The translations under genes and the position numbers were made by a program. This document shows, in pieces, positions 23,665 through 35,200 of a stretch of DNA of 64,000 nucleotides. The stretch is from Albugo candida. Taxonomy: Eukaryota. The DNA lies in NCBI GenBank assembly GCA_040437565.1, contig JBDOQK010000002.1, positions 930,001 to 994,000 on the forward strand. Direction: 5' to 3'. Numbering within the stretch: the stretch's first letter is position 1; each line of letters starts with the position of its first letter. Below the pieces are notes generated by a model. It was not told where the DNA came from. It did no database searches and saw only the letters and a program-made list of their open reading frames with translations.

Positions 23665-24688
23665 ATGTCTCCACCTCGATCCGATTCCGAGTTGAGCAAA
23701 AATGCTATTGAAGTGAGACTACATAAAGTCATTGAGTCATGGGGAATGTCGAAATTCAGCTCCAATATTGCGTATCATTGGATATGTCGCGCTGTCAGTA
23801 ATGGAAAGGAAGATTCCGAGTGGACGCATGTTCGAAAGTGGATTCTAGCACAAATAAATGGGCAACAAAGAGAGCACACAAGTGCGTGGCAATTTGGATG
23901 TCCAGAGATCATCCCTCTCTTGCGATCCACTCCGCTTTGGAAGACATCAGACATTCCCTGGGTTGCAAAATTAGAATCTTCGTTTGCTGTTATCAAGAAA
24001 GAATTAATAGGATTACAAGCACATCAAGGGTTCCAGCCGTATCGAGCGCCATCCTCGGGTATTGATTGTGAGGTTTGAATTATTCCGCGTTTGATTGAGC
24101 TCAAGATGATTTCCTCACTTTCGGTTTCCGTAGGTCTCTGATAAACTTGGTGTTGCAGCTCACGATCGTGGCGAGTGGAATGTCTTCTATCTGTTTCTGC
24201 ACAATATGGATTTTTCTGCCAACCGATCGTTGTGCCCTCAAACCGTTTCTATCATTAATTCGATTGAAGGTCAATATGACCATGCGTTCTTCTCGGCGCT
24301 TGCACCACATACCCACGTCAAAAAGCACAATGGACCGACAAACAAGAAGTTACGATGCCATCTACCCTTAGTCGTACCAGAGCATAATTGTAGGCTTCGT
24401 GTGGGAGATGAAATGGTCACAGTAGAGGAAGGAAAGTGTCTCGTGTTCGATGACTCATTCGAGCATGAGGCCTGGAACGATGACTCCGATCACTCACGTA
24501 TCGTCCTAATTGTCGATGTATGGCATCCAGATCTGACTCCAGAAGAAAGAGGCTTTTTCAAATTCGTCCAAAAGGCAGAGTTACGAGCATGCAAAAAGTA
24601 TTTCGGCACAGACAGCAATAACTTTTATAGTATCATCCAGGCTACCAAGCAATCCACGGGTTCCATTCATGAAGCAATTTGGAACTAG
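23665..24688 (+). CDS. Aspartyl/asparaginyl beta-hydroxylase domain protein (2-oxoglutarate/Fe(II) dioxygenase)
   Basis: Two exons with GT-AG intron 24073-24133. Motifs GEWNVFYL, FFSALAPHTHVKKHNGPTNKKLRCHLPLVVP, EEGKCLVFDDSFEHEAWN, RIVLIVDVWHPDL. No signal peptide or TM segment seen. Confidence 0.9.
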
Positions 24689-25241
24689 CTTGGTCACAGG
24701 GTGTTTTCTAGTTATGTCTTCTGACGTGATGCATTGCTCAAACGTGCTTGCACGCATAGTTTACATGAATCAATCTTATACCACACGAGGCTGAATCAAT
24801 CAATAGGCTACTGGAGCTTCCTTTGTCCAGTACAGATCAAATCGTAGTATTCATGGCTATTGAAGAATATCAGAGGAAGACCGCATACAAACCCTTCCTG
24901 CTACATCAAATGCTGCTATAGCGTCCATATATCTTTGTTATTGAGACTCCTCGTCCTGCGTTGCAACCGGGTTGAATTAAGTCGCTTTTCATCTTCTCAA
25001 GAAGGAAGCAGCGTTTGTGTCCCGAGTTGCTGGCCACGGCTATATTTACCTCTAATTTATCGCGATAGCTTTTACGCTATTGGTAATGTGTATATTTCAG
25101 AGCTTTGCATTCCTGGACGTATATACCATCGGTCCGGCTTCNNNNNNNNNNNNNNNNNNNNNNNNNNNNNNNNNNNNNNNNNNNNNNNNNNNNNNNNNNN
25201 NNNNNNNNNNNNNNNNNNNNNNNNNNNNNNNNNNNNNNNNN

Positions 25242-26244
25242 TCCGAGTTGAGCAAAAATGCTATTGAAGTGAGACTACATAAAGTCATTGAGTCATGGGG
25301 AATGTCGAAATTCAGCTCCAATATTGCGTATCATTGGATATGTCGCGCTGTCAGTAATGGAAAGGAAGATTCCGAGTGGACGCATGTTCGAAAGTGGATT
25401 CTAGCACAAATAAATGGGCAACAAAGAGAGCACACAAGTGCGTGGCAATTTGGATGTCCAGAGATCATCCCTCTCTTGCGATCCACTCCGCTTTGGAAGA
25501 CATCAGACATTCCCTGGGTTGCAAAATTAGAATCTTCGTTTGCTGTTATCAAGAAAGAATTAATAGGATTACAAGCACATCAAGGGTTCCAGCCGTATCG
25601 AGCGCCATCCTCGGGTATTGATTGTGAGGTTTGAATTATTCCGCGTTTGATTGAGCTCAAGATGATTTCCTCACTTTCGGTTTCCGTAGGTCTCTGATAA
25701 ACTTGGTGTTGCAGCTCACGATCGTGGCGAGTGGAATGTCTTCTATCTGTTTCTGCACAATATGGATTTTTCTGCCAACCGATCGTTGTGCCCTCAAACC
25801 GTTTCTATCATTAATTCGATTGAAGGTCAATATGACCATGCGTTCTTCTCGGCGCTTGCACCACATACCCACGTCAAAAAGCACAATGGACCGACAAACA
25901 AGAAGTTACGATGCCATCTACCCTTAGTCGTACCAGAGCATAATTGTAGGCTTCGTGTGGGAGATGAAATGGTCACAGTAGAGGAAGGAAAGTGTCTCGT
26001 GTTCGATGACTCATTCGAGCATGAGGCCTGGAACGATGACTCCGATCACTCACGTATCGTCCTAATTGTCGATGTATGGCATCCAGATCTGACTCCAGAA
26101 GAAAGAGGCTTTTTCAAATTCGTCCAAAAGGCAGAGTTACGAGCATGCAAAAAGTATTTCGGCACAGACAGCAATAACTTTTATAGTATCATCCAGGCTA
26201 CCAAGCAATCCACGGGTTCCATTCATGAAGCAATTTGGAACTAG
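25242..26244 (+). other. Artefactual second copy of the Asp/Asn beta-hydroxylase gene (contig-overlap duplication)
   Basis: 23686-25141 repeats as 25242-26697 across a 100-N gap. Translations are identical and this copy lacks the start codon exactly at the gap edge. Confidence 0.85.
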
Positions 26245-27062
26245 CTTGGTCACAGGGTGTTTTCTAGTTATGTCTTCTGACGTGATGCATTGCTCAAACG
26301 TGCTTGCACGCATAGTTTACATGAATCAATCTTATACCACACGAGGCTGAATCAATCAATAGGCTACTGGAGCTTCCTTTGTCCAGTACAGATCAAATCG
26401 TAGTATTCATGGCTATTGAAGAATATCAGAGGAAGACCGCATACAAACCCTTCCTGCTACATCAAATGCTGCTATAGCGTCCATATATCTTTGTTATTGA
26501 GACTCCTCGTCCTGCGTTGCAACCGGGTTGAATTAAGTCGCTTTTCATCTTCTCAAGAAGGAAGCAGCGTTTGTGTCCCGAGTTGCTGGCCACGGCTATA
26601 TTTACCTCTAATTTATCGCGATAGCTTTTACGCTATTGGTAATGTGTATATTTCAGAGCTTTGCATTCCTGGACGTATATACCATCGGTCCGGCTTCCAT
26701 ATTACTGCCTTTGAGTAGAATTCAAAGTTCCGAGTGAAAATATTCGCATTAGCGATTCTGCATTCTAGCATGTCTTCCTATATGCTCCCAGCACCTCTTC
26801 CAGATGGCGATTAAGTCGGCACAAATGCGCACAGCTGTATCACTAATAACTCGCTTCCGTAGACTTTTATCTCAAAGTCCACCAAGACAAGGGCTCACTT
26901 AAACAGAATAGCAGTAAGTTAAGATCCATCCAGCTGAAATCGCAAATGATTCGACCTAAACTCGGATTTGAATACTTCAATTAGAGCAAATCTTATAATA
27001 CTCGTCTTAATAAGCCAATGGCGATTTAATGAGTGCAAACTGTTCCAATTCAAGTTGACCTT

Positions 27063-28743
27063 TCAACGTTCCAGCCGCAAACTTTTACTTCCAAGCCCGT
27101 GAATAGAAAATTGATCGTACAGTCTATGCACAGTCTCGTTCAGACCTTCTCCATTGTACGACAAGAGAGGAGAAATTTCGAATTCATCAATCTCATTCAA
27201 ATATGTCTCAAACTCCGATGATTGCTTGTCAGTCAGAATTTCCTGGCTGCAATTGAGAAGCCAATTTTTCGCTTCACAAGAGAGCATTGCACCAGCTATA
27301 TTCGGCGAATCTCGTTCAGCTCCAGGTTGATTCTTAACAGGGGCAAATTCCTGCTCCCGTGGCACTGCAAGCACAGCCATCCGCTCCGAAAGTGGAAAAG
27401 TATCGAAAATGAAAGCCTCCAGTTTGATTCCAGAATTCTTATCGGGGGTGAATGTACATCCATCATCATCCGCCATTGGAATCTTCTTGTGCGCCACATG
27501 ATAATCAAGCTTGATCTCTTTCAGCACTCTGTGTACGATAAAGTTGCTGGCAAACGTGAGATTACACAGCAACGTAGTAAGTAAACCGCCTGACAAAAAC
27601 TTCGGAATTGCGTACATGGTGAAGAAATGATTGCAAATGTTTCCAGCTCCAAAGCGAAGGCTGCCTGACTCGTCTCTGAGTTGACTAATATTGTTATCCA
27701 TTTCTGAGTATTCTATTACGCAGAATCTGGAATTACTTTTCGCAACAATTCCAACTTTCTCATCCGAACGTGTTTTCCAGACAACTTTGTTACCACAATC
27801 TGCGTCTTTGCTTATGCAATAGCCGATAAACACAGGATCCGCAATTTTACAGAGAGCGTTATCCACGGACACGACATGTAAGTATTCAACTCCTCTAGCT
27901 TGCAATAAAGCGAGTTTTCCACTTTCGTCCAAAGCTCTGTAGAATCCTCCATTACCATCTGAAGCTTTCGCTAAGATGTGCGTGTTTTCCAGGATTAATT
28001 TTCCGTCCAAAGTAAAACAAGGCAAGGTTCCCTGACTGAAGAAATAAACGTCCTCTTCCTCTAGTCCAAAGAAACGATATCGTCGGAAATATAACACTGT
28101 ATGATCGTGATTCAACGGGCTTGTCATTATCAGCAGAGGTATTTTTGAAGCCTTCGTTTTTCCATATTTTTCGTCGGTAAGAGTTTCAAGTGCAAGAATG
28201 CGCTCAGCGAAGAGCTGAAACAAAGATTTCTTTGACTGTAACCCTATACTGAAGATACCTTTAGGGCCATCAAATCCCAAACGTGTGCCTTGTCCACCAG
28301 CCAAAATAACAGCTGCGAGCTGTCCTTTGTGGATCGCATCAAGCCCAAGAGACTCCCAGCCTCGCTTCTTTTCAGATGGAGTATCTATCAGTCTATCAAC
28401 GCAGTCGAGAGGCTCAATGAAAGCACTATCAAATTGGCTCGGACCACTTGACATGGATTTCTTGAAAATGGACTCGAGTTGATCCAAATCAAGGTTCTTA
28501 ATCTGTACAAGTCCAATGATTAGTACAATTCAAAAACAGTCAGTATATGTTCCTCATCCGCACCTGATCACATAATAATTTTATCTCATTTGGATTTAAG
28601 CGCCCCGTGTCATAAAACTATAACATCAGGACTATAATCAATAATAGTAGTGATCTCTTGATTACAATTATACGCACTTTTAAAATGTGTTCCTGTTGCT
28701 TTATCCGTAGCCTTTCGACAATTTCGACGGGTAGCGACTGCAT
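27063..28743 (-). CDS. UAP1: UDP-N-acetylglucosamine (hexosamine) pyrophosphorylase
   Basis: Motifs LAGGQGTRLGFDGPKG, IMTS, FSQGTLPC, DGNGG, VDNAL, IEYSE, GNICNHFF, GIKLEAFIFDTF, REQEFAPVKN, EISPLLSYNGEGL. Proposed ATG at 28743 (MQSLPVEIVERLRIKQQEHIL) with short 5' exons. In-frame intron at 27615-27547. Confidence 0.93.
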
Positions 28744-28822
28744 TCAGTAAAATACCAAAACCACTTTAGTGTTCGCATCCTACTGGTTCTATTCATCTTG
28801 GGATCACACTCGAGTGTTTTTT

Positions 28823-30715
28823 TCATATTAACATGAGCCCCTCGAAATCTTTCTTTAAGCTGTTTGCCTGTCTCTTGTAGCTTTCATCGATTTTCGCCAT
28901 TATCAAAGAAGCACAGCGTCGTAACGAGCGGATATCAGCGCCCTTTACTTGACTTCTAGACACGGTATCACCAAGTGATAAGGCTCCTATAATAAGATCA
29001 TCCTTCGTTATCAATGGGATCGATATGAAAAACTTGATGTTGAGCGAGAGGATCAGTGGATTATTGCGAGTTCTTGGATCTGTATCGGTACTCAAGAAGA
29101 CAAGAGGTTCTGGTGACATGATTGCATGGGCATCGATAGATATATCTCGCGGTACTTGGTTGCCCTCAAGACCTGTAGAGGTGATGATGTATGAAGTGTT
29201 TGATAGGATTATGGAGACCGCAGCGACTGGACACGTCACACTTGTTCGTGACATTTCCAATAATGCGTCAAATTGGTTTCTTCGAATCATTTTCATACTC
29301 AAATCGTCGAGAAAGCGCAGCCTTTGTTCTTCATTGTCTGGAATTGGAGCGTCAGGCCAAGCATTTTTTTTCTTGTACTCGATCGAGTACGTGCAAGGTG
29401 TGCTTTCACGTACGTCATCTTCATCATACGCGGAATCCACGGTATCGGCGAAACTACCATCGTATGAAGCATCAGCAGAAAGCGGTGAATGCTCGCGATT
29501 GCTACTGTTTTTAGTGGATACTGCCATGATTTCATCCCACTCTAACTCTGCCTCCCATGATCTACCTGATTCTCTCAAAACAATTGAGGCCCGTATATGC
29601 AGGTCCTCACTCGTACCTTCAGTTCTACAAGAACTTACGTGGTCACCACTGATACAAGACGAGCACACACGTATTCCAGTCTGTTGTTTTTCTTCCCGTG
29701 CTCTATCTCTTCGAATACATGAACACTTGGAGCAAACAGACAATCCACATATACGACAATGATGCTGACGACGAATAAGACTGTAATGTGCACCACAGAT
29801 CCTGCATTTGTGACATGAGCTCCAAGATGATTTTTTTACGAGGTTTTGTGAGCGAATACGGTAATTGATTAAAGCGTTAGGGAGCTGTCGTACCGCTGAG
29901 GCTGTTTGAATCAACCATTTCTTGTTGTGCTGATTCAAATTGGTCGCATGTTGGGGGCTTGTCACGAAAAAAGTAATACGAGTCGTATTCACCAAATCTG
30001 CGCAGTCCTCGACGACGAAACCACAATTGTTGAATGTTTCGCGTTTCATTCTTGAAGTCCTCGGAATCTTTTTGCATGTTTTAAGCGGTAACGATTGCCA
30101 TACAGAGACTCCATAAAGACTTGGTGTGACATCATCAGCATGTTCTGGTTGAAAAAGACGATTGTATCGCATAAACACATAGTCACGAATTGAATGATGA
30201 TCATCACTATCTTTGTATGCGAGCCAATGGAGAATTATATTGGGCAATGCCCCGATATGTGAGTGACCTTGAGACGACTCCTCTCGTGCATGGCGTATGC
30301 TATCCTGATGAAATGAATGTAGTACTCTGGAGTCGACAAAGCATGTACCAAAAAGATCGTTCATGACTTCATAAAGTTCTCCTTCCTCAGACATACTGAT
30401 GAGACTCATGACCTGATCGCAGTTACTATTTTGATGGAGCAATACCCCTTTCATAACAAACAGATCGTCTCGCTCATCTAGAAATTCGTACAGTCTAAAA
30501 TTTTCACTTTCTTGCAGTAATTTGATGTTACTTTTGATCGGATGTTGCTTCTGGTCTGTTGCCTCCGCCGCCATCTCCATATCCTGTTCATGAGCCCATT
30601 TGAGTAGCCGAGACACATGCTTTCGACCGATTTGATCGAGTTTTGTTACAACCAAAGGATCTGCCAACCGATTTTCTGTAAATGCAGGGGTATCGTTATC
30701 GACGTATTCGTACAT
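28823..30715 (-). CDS. START-like + FYVE zinc finger + GAF domain protein (paralogue 2)
   Basis: 630-aa intronless ORF. FYVE: CRICGAHYSLIRRQHHCRICGLSVCSKC...RVCSSC. GAF: WPDAPIPDNEEQRL...RTRNNPLI...IKFFISIPLITKDDLIIGALSLGD. Same domain order as 17015-19291. Confidence 0.88.
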   Translation of the reverse strand: MYEYVDNDTPAFTENRLADPLVVTKLDQIGRKHVSRLLKWAHEQDMEMAAEATDQKQHPIKSNIKLLQESENFRLYEFLDERDDLFVMKGVLLHQNSNCDQVMSLISMSEEGELYEVMNDLFGTCFVDSRVLHSFHQDSIRHAREESSQGHSHIGALPNIILHWLAYKDSDDHHSIRDYVFMRYNRLFQPEHADDVTPSLYGVSVWQSLPLKTCKKIPRTSRMKRETFNNCGFVVEDCADLVNTTRITFFVTSPQHATNLNQHNKKWLIQTASAVRQLPNALINYRIRSQNLVKKSSWSSCHKCRICGAHYSLIRRQHHCRICGLSVCSKCSCIRRDRAREEKQQTGIRVCSSCISGDHVSSCRTEGTSEDLHIRASIVLRESGRSWEAELEWDEIMAVSTKNSSNREHSPLSADASYDGSFADTVDSAYDEDDVRESTPCTYSIEYKKKNAWPDAPIPDNEEQRLRFLDDLSMKMIRRNQFDALLEMSRTSVTCPVAAVSIILSNTSYIITSTGLEGNQVPRDISIDAHAIMSPEPLVFLSTDTDPRTRNNPLILSLNIKFFISIPLITKDDLIIGALSLGDTVSRSQVKGADIRSLRRCASLIMAKIDESYKRQANSLKKDFEGLMLI

Positions 30716-30778
30716 TCTATGCGTCTCTTTGTCTAAAGTATGCAGCGAATTGTTATGTGATTCGGGTAGCCGGGATTA

Positions 30779-30808
30779 GATGAGTTACGATGAGTTACGA
30801 TGAGTTAC
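30779..30808. repeat. Perfect tandem repeat (GATGAGTTAC)x3
   Basis: gatgagttac-gatgagttac-gatgagttac read directly, 64 bp upstream of the ATG at 30715. Confidence 0.9.
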
Positions 30809-31795
30809 TTATGGTGCGGGATGCATCAGATGATCTCATGCGTCAAAGTCTTGCTCTCATTCTATCTCAAGAAGGTCTGGGTAAAAGTCGTGCTTTTCCC
30901 ACACATACGACCGTTTTCGCAACGGAGAAAAAGGACAACTCTCTGTTCTAACAGCTAAATTGCATGAAAAAAAGAGGTCAAACTCGATACATGGTGCTAG
31001 CATCTGGCCTTTTTTTCTTCGAATGGGATCCAAGATCGTATTCGTGATTTCGTAGTGGAATAGACCAGAAGAGTAAGGCGAATTTTTACATGATATAAAG
31101 GCCAAGTGCAAAGAATTGAGAGCATCTGAATACGATCAGTCTCTGAATATATTGCAAGGTCTTTCTCTCCCATATGTACTGCTTTATTGCGTACCTTGGC
31201 CGCTGCATCCGAAGAGCGCATTCGGCGGTAGACGATAAATCTTTGATCAGACTAGAAAAATACTCAACCGAGAAACTCCTGCGGCGGACAAGTATGTCAA
31301 GACTTCTACGCGATCGCTACGACTAACGTCACTATAGCAGAAATCTACGACTGTTTCGTTCAATCTCTTGAATAATGCAGACAAGGCTCTAGATTCGGCT
31401 TTCCAGTTTTCTACTACCGCCATTGAATGTGGAATCTTGAAGACTGAGAACACTATCTCATCTCATCCTTTATAATCCGAACACAATTGCCGAGATAATT
31501 CAAGTAGAGCCAGTTTATCGAACCTCACTAAAGCGTGCAAAGACAGTACATGGAACGATATCTAGCCCTTTTCGATGCTGAAGAAATTGCAGGACTCCCC
31601 TTCGACCAATTTTAACTTGGAATTGTATTGCAATTTGATGCGGCCAGCTGTTTCCACTTGTACATGTAACAGCTGGAACGGATCTCCATACCAATTCGTA
31701 ATTCTCTCTCTGACGGAGACCACCAGTAAAGAACGTTAAAAAAAAAGAAGGGATGCAATCTTAAGTCTTCATTACGCAATATTCCTTAGAAAGCA

Positions 31796-32081
31796 ATGGT
31801 AATCACAAAGTTTGAAGTTGGCATGACGTGCGAAAAGTGCTCGGATGCGTGCACAAATATCTTATCCGCTATGCCTGGTACAAGTTGATGTGTTTATTTT
31901 CTAAACATTGAAGACTAACACCAATCTCATTATCATTACAGGCGTCCAGGATGTTAAATGCTGCATTGAGAAAAAAGAAGTGATTGTCACTGGTGATGCA
32001 AATCCTACCACAATGCTACAAGCACTGCAAAATTGGGCTAAAGAAAATGATAAAGGTGTCGTAACGTTATCTAGTGCTTAG
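31796..32081 (+). CDS. ATX1: Copper chaperone, ATX1/ATOX1-type heavy-metal-associated (HMA) domain protein, 73 aa
   Basis: Not in the ORF track. Exons 31796-31877 and 31942-32081, GT-AG intron 31878-31941. Translation MVITKFEVGMTCEKCSDACTNILSAMPGVQDVKCCIEKKEVIVTGDANPTTMLQALQNWAKENDKGVVTLSSA carries the MxCxxC metal-binding motif. Confidence 0.9.
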
Positions 32082-32258
32082 GTTAAAATATGGTTGAACA
32101 CGCAAGAGATATCACTTTTACTCGCGTGTTGAACTTTGAAACATTCCACACAACGTGCGCTATCTCCCCTATACTTTCAATTACTGGAACTGATGTAATC
32201 ACAGACATATAGGGAGGGACACACATATCACTATATCCTTTCCGACTCGCTATCGTAA

Positions 32259-35200
32259 TTATTGACTGCTGTCCAAAGCGGCTTGCAAGATAAATTCGAG
32301 CGATGTTGAAGCTACGACGATAGAATCGATTGTTTGGACAGTTTGAGCGTACAGCTGCTGAAAATCTTCAAGTTTTTGCTGGCAGCTTGAAATCCAAATG
32401 ACCCCTGTCTGAGTGATACGAATGTAGCAAGGAAGTACACGATGGATGTACTGTCGATAGTATGAGCCACGGCGCTTTCGAGTCCATCCAACATATTCGA
32501 TATGGATAATACGATACTCTTCACTTCGGCCAAACTGGTTGCTGGGGGTCAACTGAAGTCCTTGAGGACAAAAATTCAAGTGTTCTACGAGAGCACTTTC
32601 GAAAACACGCTGCTGTTGCTGGTCTTGCATTGCGATAAATATTGGACACAGGATCGGATGCATGTTCAAATTTGGTGAAATTCCGTAAGCGGGTACTTGG
32701 AGAAAATCGAGGCTCAATTGTTTCGCCCGTCGAGATAAACCAAGAATAAAGTCTTCCACCATGGAACTGCAACACACCATCCATTGTAATTCGATATGAT
32801 AGCATTGTGTGCTGGATAGTTCAGTGTCCAGCTTTAGCAAGATCCAATTTTGCCTACGTTTTTACAAAGCGATCTTTTGAGCGTTTATTGCAAATCAGTA
32901 TGAATCCACAACTGTACCGAGTCATAGTGTCATTTGAATGCAGAGGGATCTTGACCACTTGTTGACGCACTCGTTCAAAAGCGTCCTTGCCACTTGTACT
33001 CATACCAGCTCTCCATCCTACTCGAGTTTGAATTGTTGGAAACGTCGATGAATTGCCTGCTCTTGATTTGAGATAGTCATGAAATTTGGAAAATCGCTCC
33101 GTGTATTCTAGGATAGATTCTGAGCAAAGAATTAGTATCTTGTGCTTCTAATGCATCCTCAGAGATAGATATTCGTCTTACCTGCCCCAAATGGCGGCGG
33201 AAGGATGCAATACGTGATGCGTTTATACTTGATCACTTCGCTCATCTCATCATAATAGCCACATATCAGTTGGTCGAGATAGTTCCACGAGTATTCACTC
33301 CTAGAATATTTTCGGAATTCCTGGGTCGCTGCGAGAAATTTCTCGCAGACAGGTGACCATAATGAGTAGCGATACTCCATGATATCGACGTCTGAAAGAG
33401 CCACGGCTCGTTGCTGATACCGTTTCACATCAATCGTTTGAGCTTCTTGATTATACGTTATCTCATGTATTCGATGCCCCATACTCAAGCGAAATACACT
33501 ATCCTGCTTCTCGTTGGCAGCAGCGCCATCCACAATATTTTGAAAGGGAGAAATGCCTTCTTTTGTGACAAGTTGAAAATCCTGTGAAAAGCGCTGAGCG
33601 ATCATCTCCATTACTAGCTCACGATAATCCTGATATGTCTCTCCGCTCTGTTCGTCACGCTCTGGTAAAGTGATACTGTAAAATGACTCCGTGTAGTGCG
33701 CTTTCAGCTCCTTTGGACTTGGAAAGTAGTCGGTTGTGAGAGGTAATAGAGCTGGGAAGACTAAACTTTTCCACTGAAATGTCGTCCGAACAAGCTTGAA
33801 TGGATCTCTTTTGTTATAGAGCTGACTCCAGCGCCGATGGTTGCTGGTGAGTTGCTTATATAAATCGGCATGCGAACGAAATAAACTGTCGCTGGTAACA
33901 CCGTCGATTTTGTAACTATTTCCATAGCTGCTACCATACACTCCGCCTAATCCGATTGAGTGGTCCAAAAGTTCCGCATTCGGCAAGGAGCCAAAAGCAG
34001 ATTGCCTTCCATTAGTATCGTCATTTCTATATTTCAGTGCGCCTTTGCCAAGAGCTGCTGGTGATATCGAAAGCGCCAAAATACTCTCAGAGTAAGGGTG
34101 CGGTGATGGACCTTCATTTAGGATGCTTTCATTTCCTGGATGGTGCGAGTGATATTGATCACCTCCTTCCGTGCAGTAGTTCTCATAAATACTACTTCCA
34201 GCACTTGCAGCTACACTATGGCCAGGAGATCCACAATAGCTACCATGATGTACTCTCCTCCGTTGCGTATCTGCCACGGAATGAGTACTTGCTCGCATGC
34301 CAAGTGTGAGATGTGGGACATTGACAGCAGTAGTACCATGTGATTTTGCTCCCGAATTTGGGCGTTGTGGTGGCGATATCAATAAACGATCGTGGTCAGG
34401 AGTTTTCGGCGTTTGTAGAAAGAAATAGCCTTCCTTTCCCTCACAGTGCTGAAATATCTGATCATCATATCGCTGGAATCGCTGAAGCAATGACGTGTTA
34501 TCCGGAGGCGCGTAGTTATTTGGAGACATCAAAGAGGCTAGTGCAGATATATCGTCGTCATTCAAGTCGATGGATGGTGCTCTTGCTCTCAAAAAGTCTT
34601 CTTGAGCTTCTTTAACCTGCCATATGGCACTAATTCCATCAAAGCGCACGTCCTGATTCGACTTGTGCAAGGAATTATCTGAGTATGCAATCTTCTCTAT
34701 CGAGTCGTAAACTGATTTGAACTCGAAATCCGGGTGATCCTCGCTCGAGTGATGGAGATCTAGTAAATATTCCAATGAATGCGGTAACTGGGAGGATTTC
34801 AGATTCCTGATCATTTCTTTCTTCTTCATCATTCGACATAATGGAAGTGGCTCGAAACATCTATCTTGCATCGGTGAGCAGATATCACAATTCTCCGATA
34901 AATCATCATCAAGTCGGCAAGGATGGGATTGTAAAATGTCTTGTACAAATGTTACCGGTATCCATAATGGAACTACATGAGACGCCGGTTTCTCAAGTCG
35001 TCGGCAGCAATGCTTACACAGCTGTTGATTTCGTGGAAACGACATAGAGGTTACGGTGGGATGTACATCATGGAGTGTATCCATGGAGCCCGTCCTTGAT
35101 CTTCTCACTTGTGATACCGACTTAATAATTGCTTGATTTCCAGCACAGCTGCAGTAGTTGTTGTGCATTTGACTGGAGCTTGTGATGTTTGAGTCATCTT

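Noticed and set aside
7299..24688. Functional pairing of the EGF-repeat kinase with the Asp/Asn beta-hydroxylase (animal ASPH hydroxylates EGF domains)
   Set aside because: The repeats lack the C-x-[DN]-x4-[FY]-x-C-x-C hydroxylation consensus. The hydroxylase has no visible signal or TM segment to reach the ER lumen, and several unrelated genes lie between the two.
21793..26697. Apparent tandem duplications of GINS3 and the Asp/Asn beta-hydroxylase
   Set aside because: The copies translate identically, abut 100-N gaps and are truncated exactly at the gap edge. The same pattern occurs at every gap, so this is an assembly artefact.
28806..28823. 12-bp palindrome ACACTCGAGTGT followed by a T run, resembling a bacterial intrinsic terminator
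   Set aside because: The context is eukaryotic, the stem is very short, and palindromes of this length occur by chance at this window size.
30857..31700. Protein-like minus-strand fragments between FYVE-GAF2 and ATX1, and a 9-bp inverted repeat at 31644-31676
   Set aside because: No convincing start or splice path and no motif. A 9-bp stem is expected by chance in 64 kb. A small gene cannot be excluded without RNA-seq.
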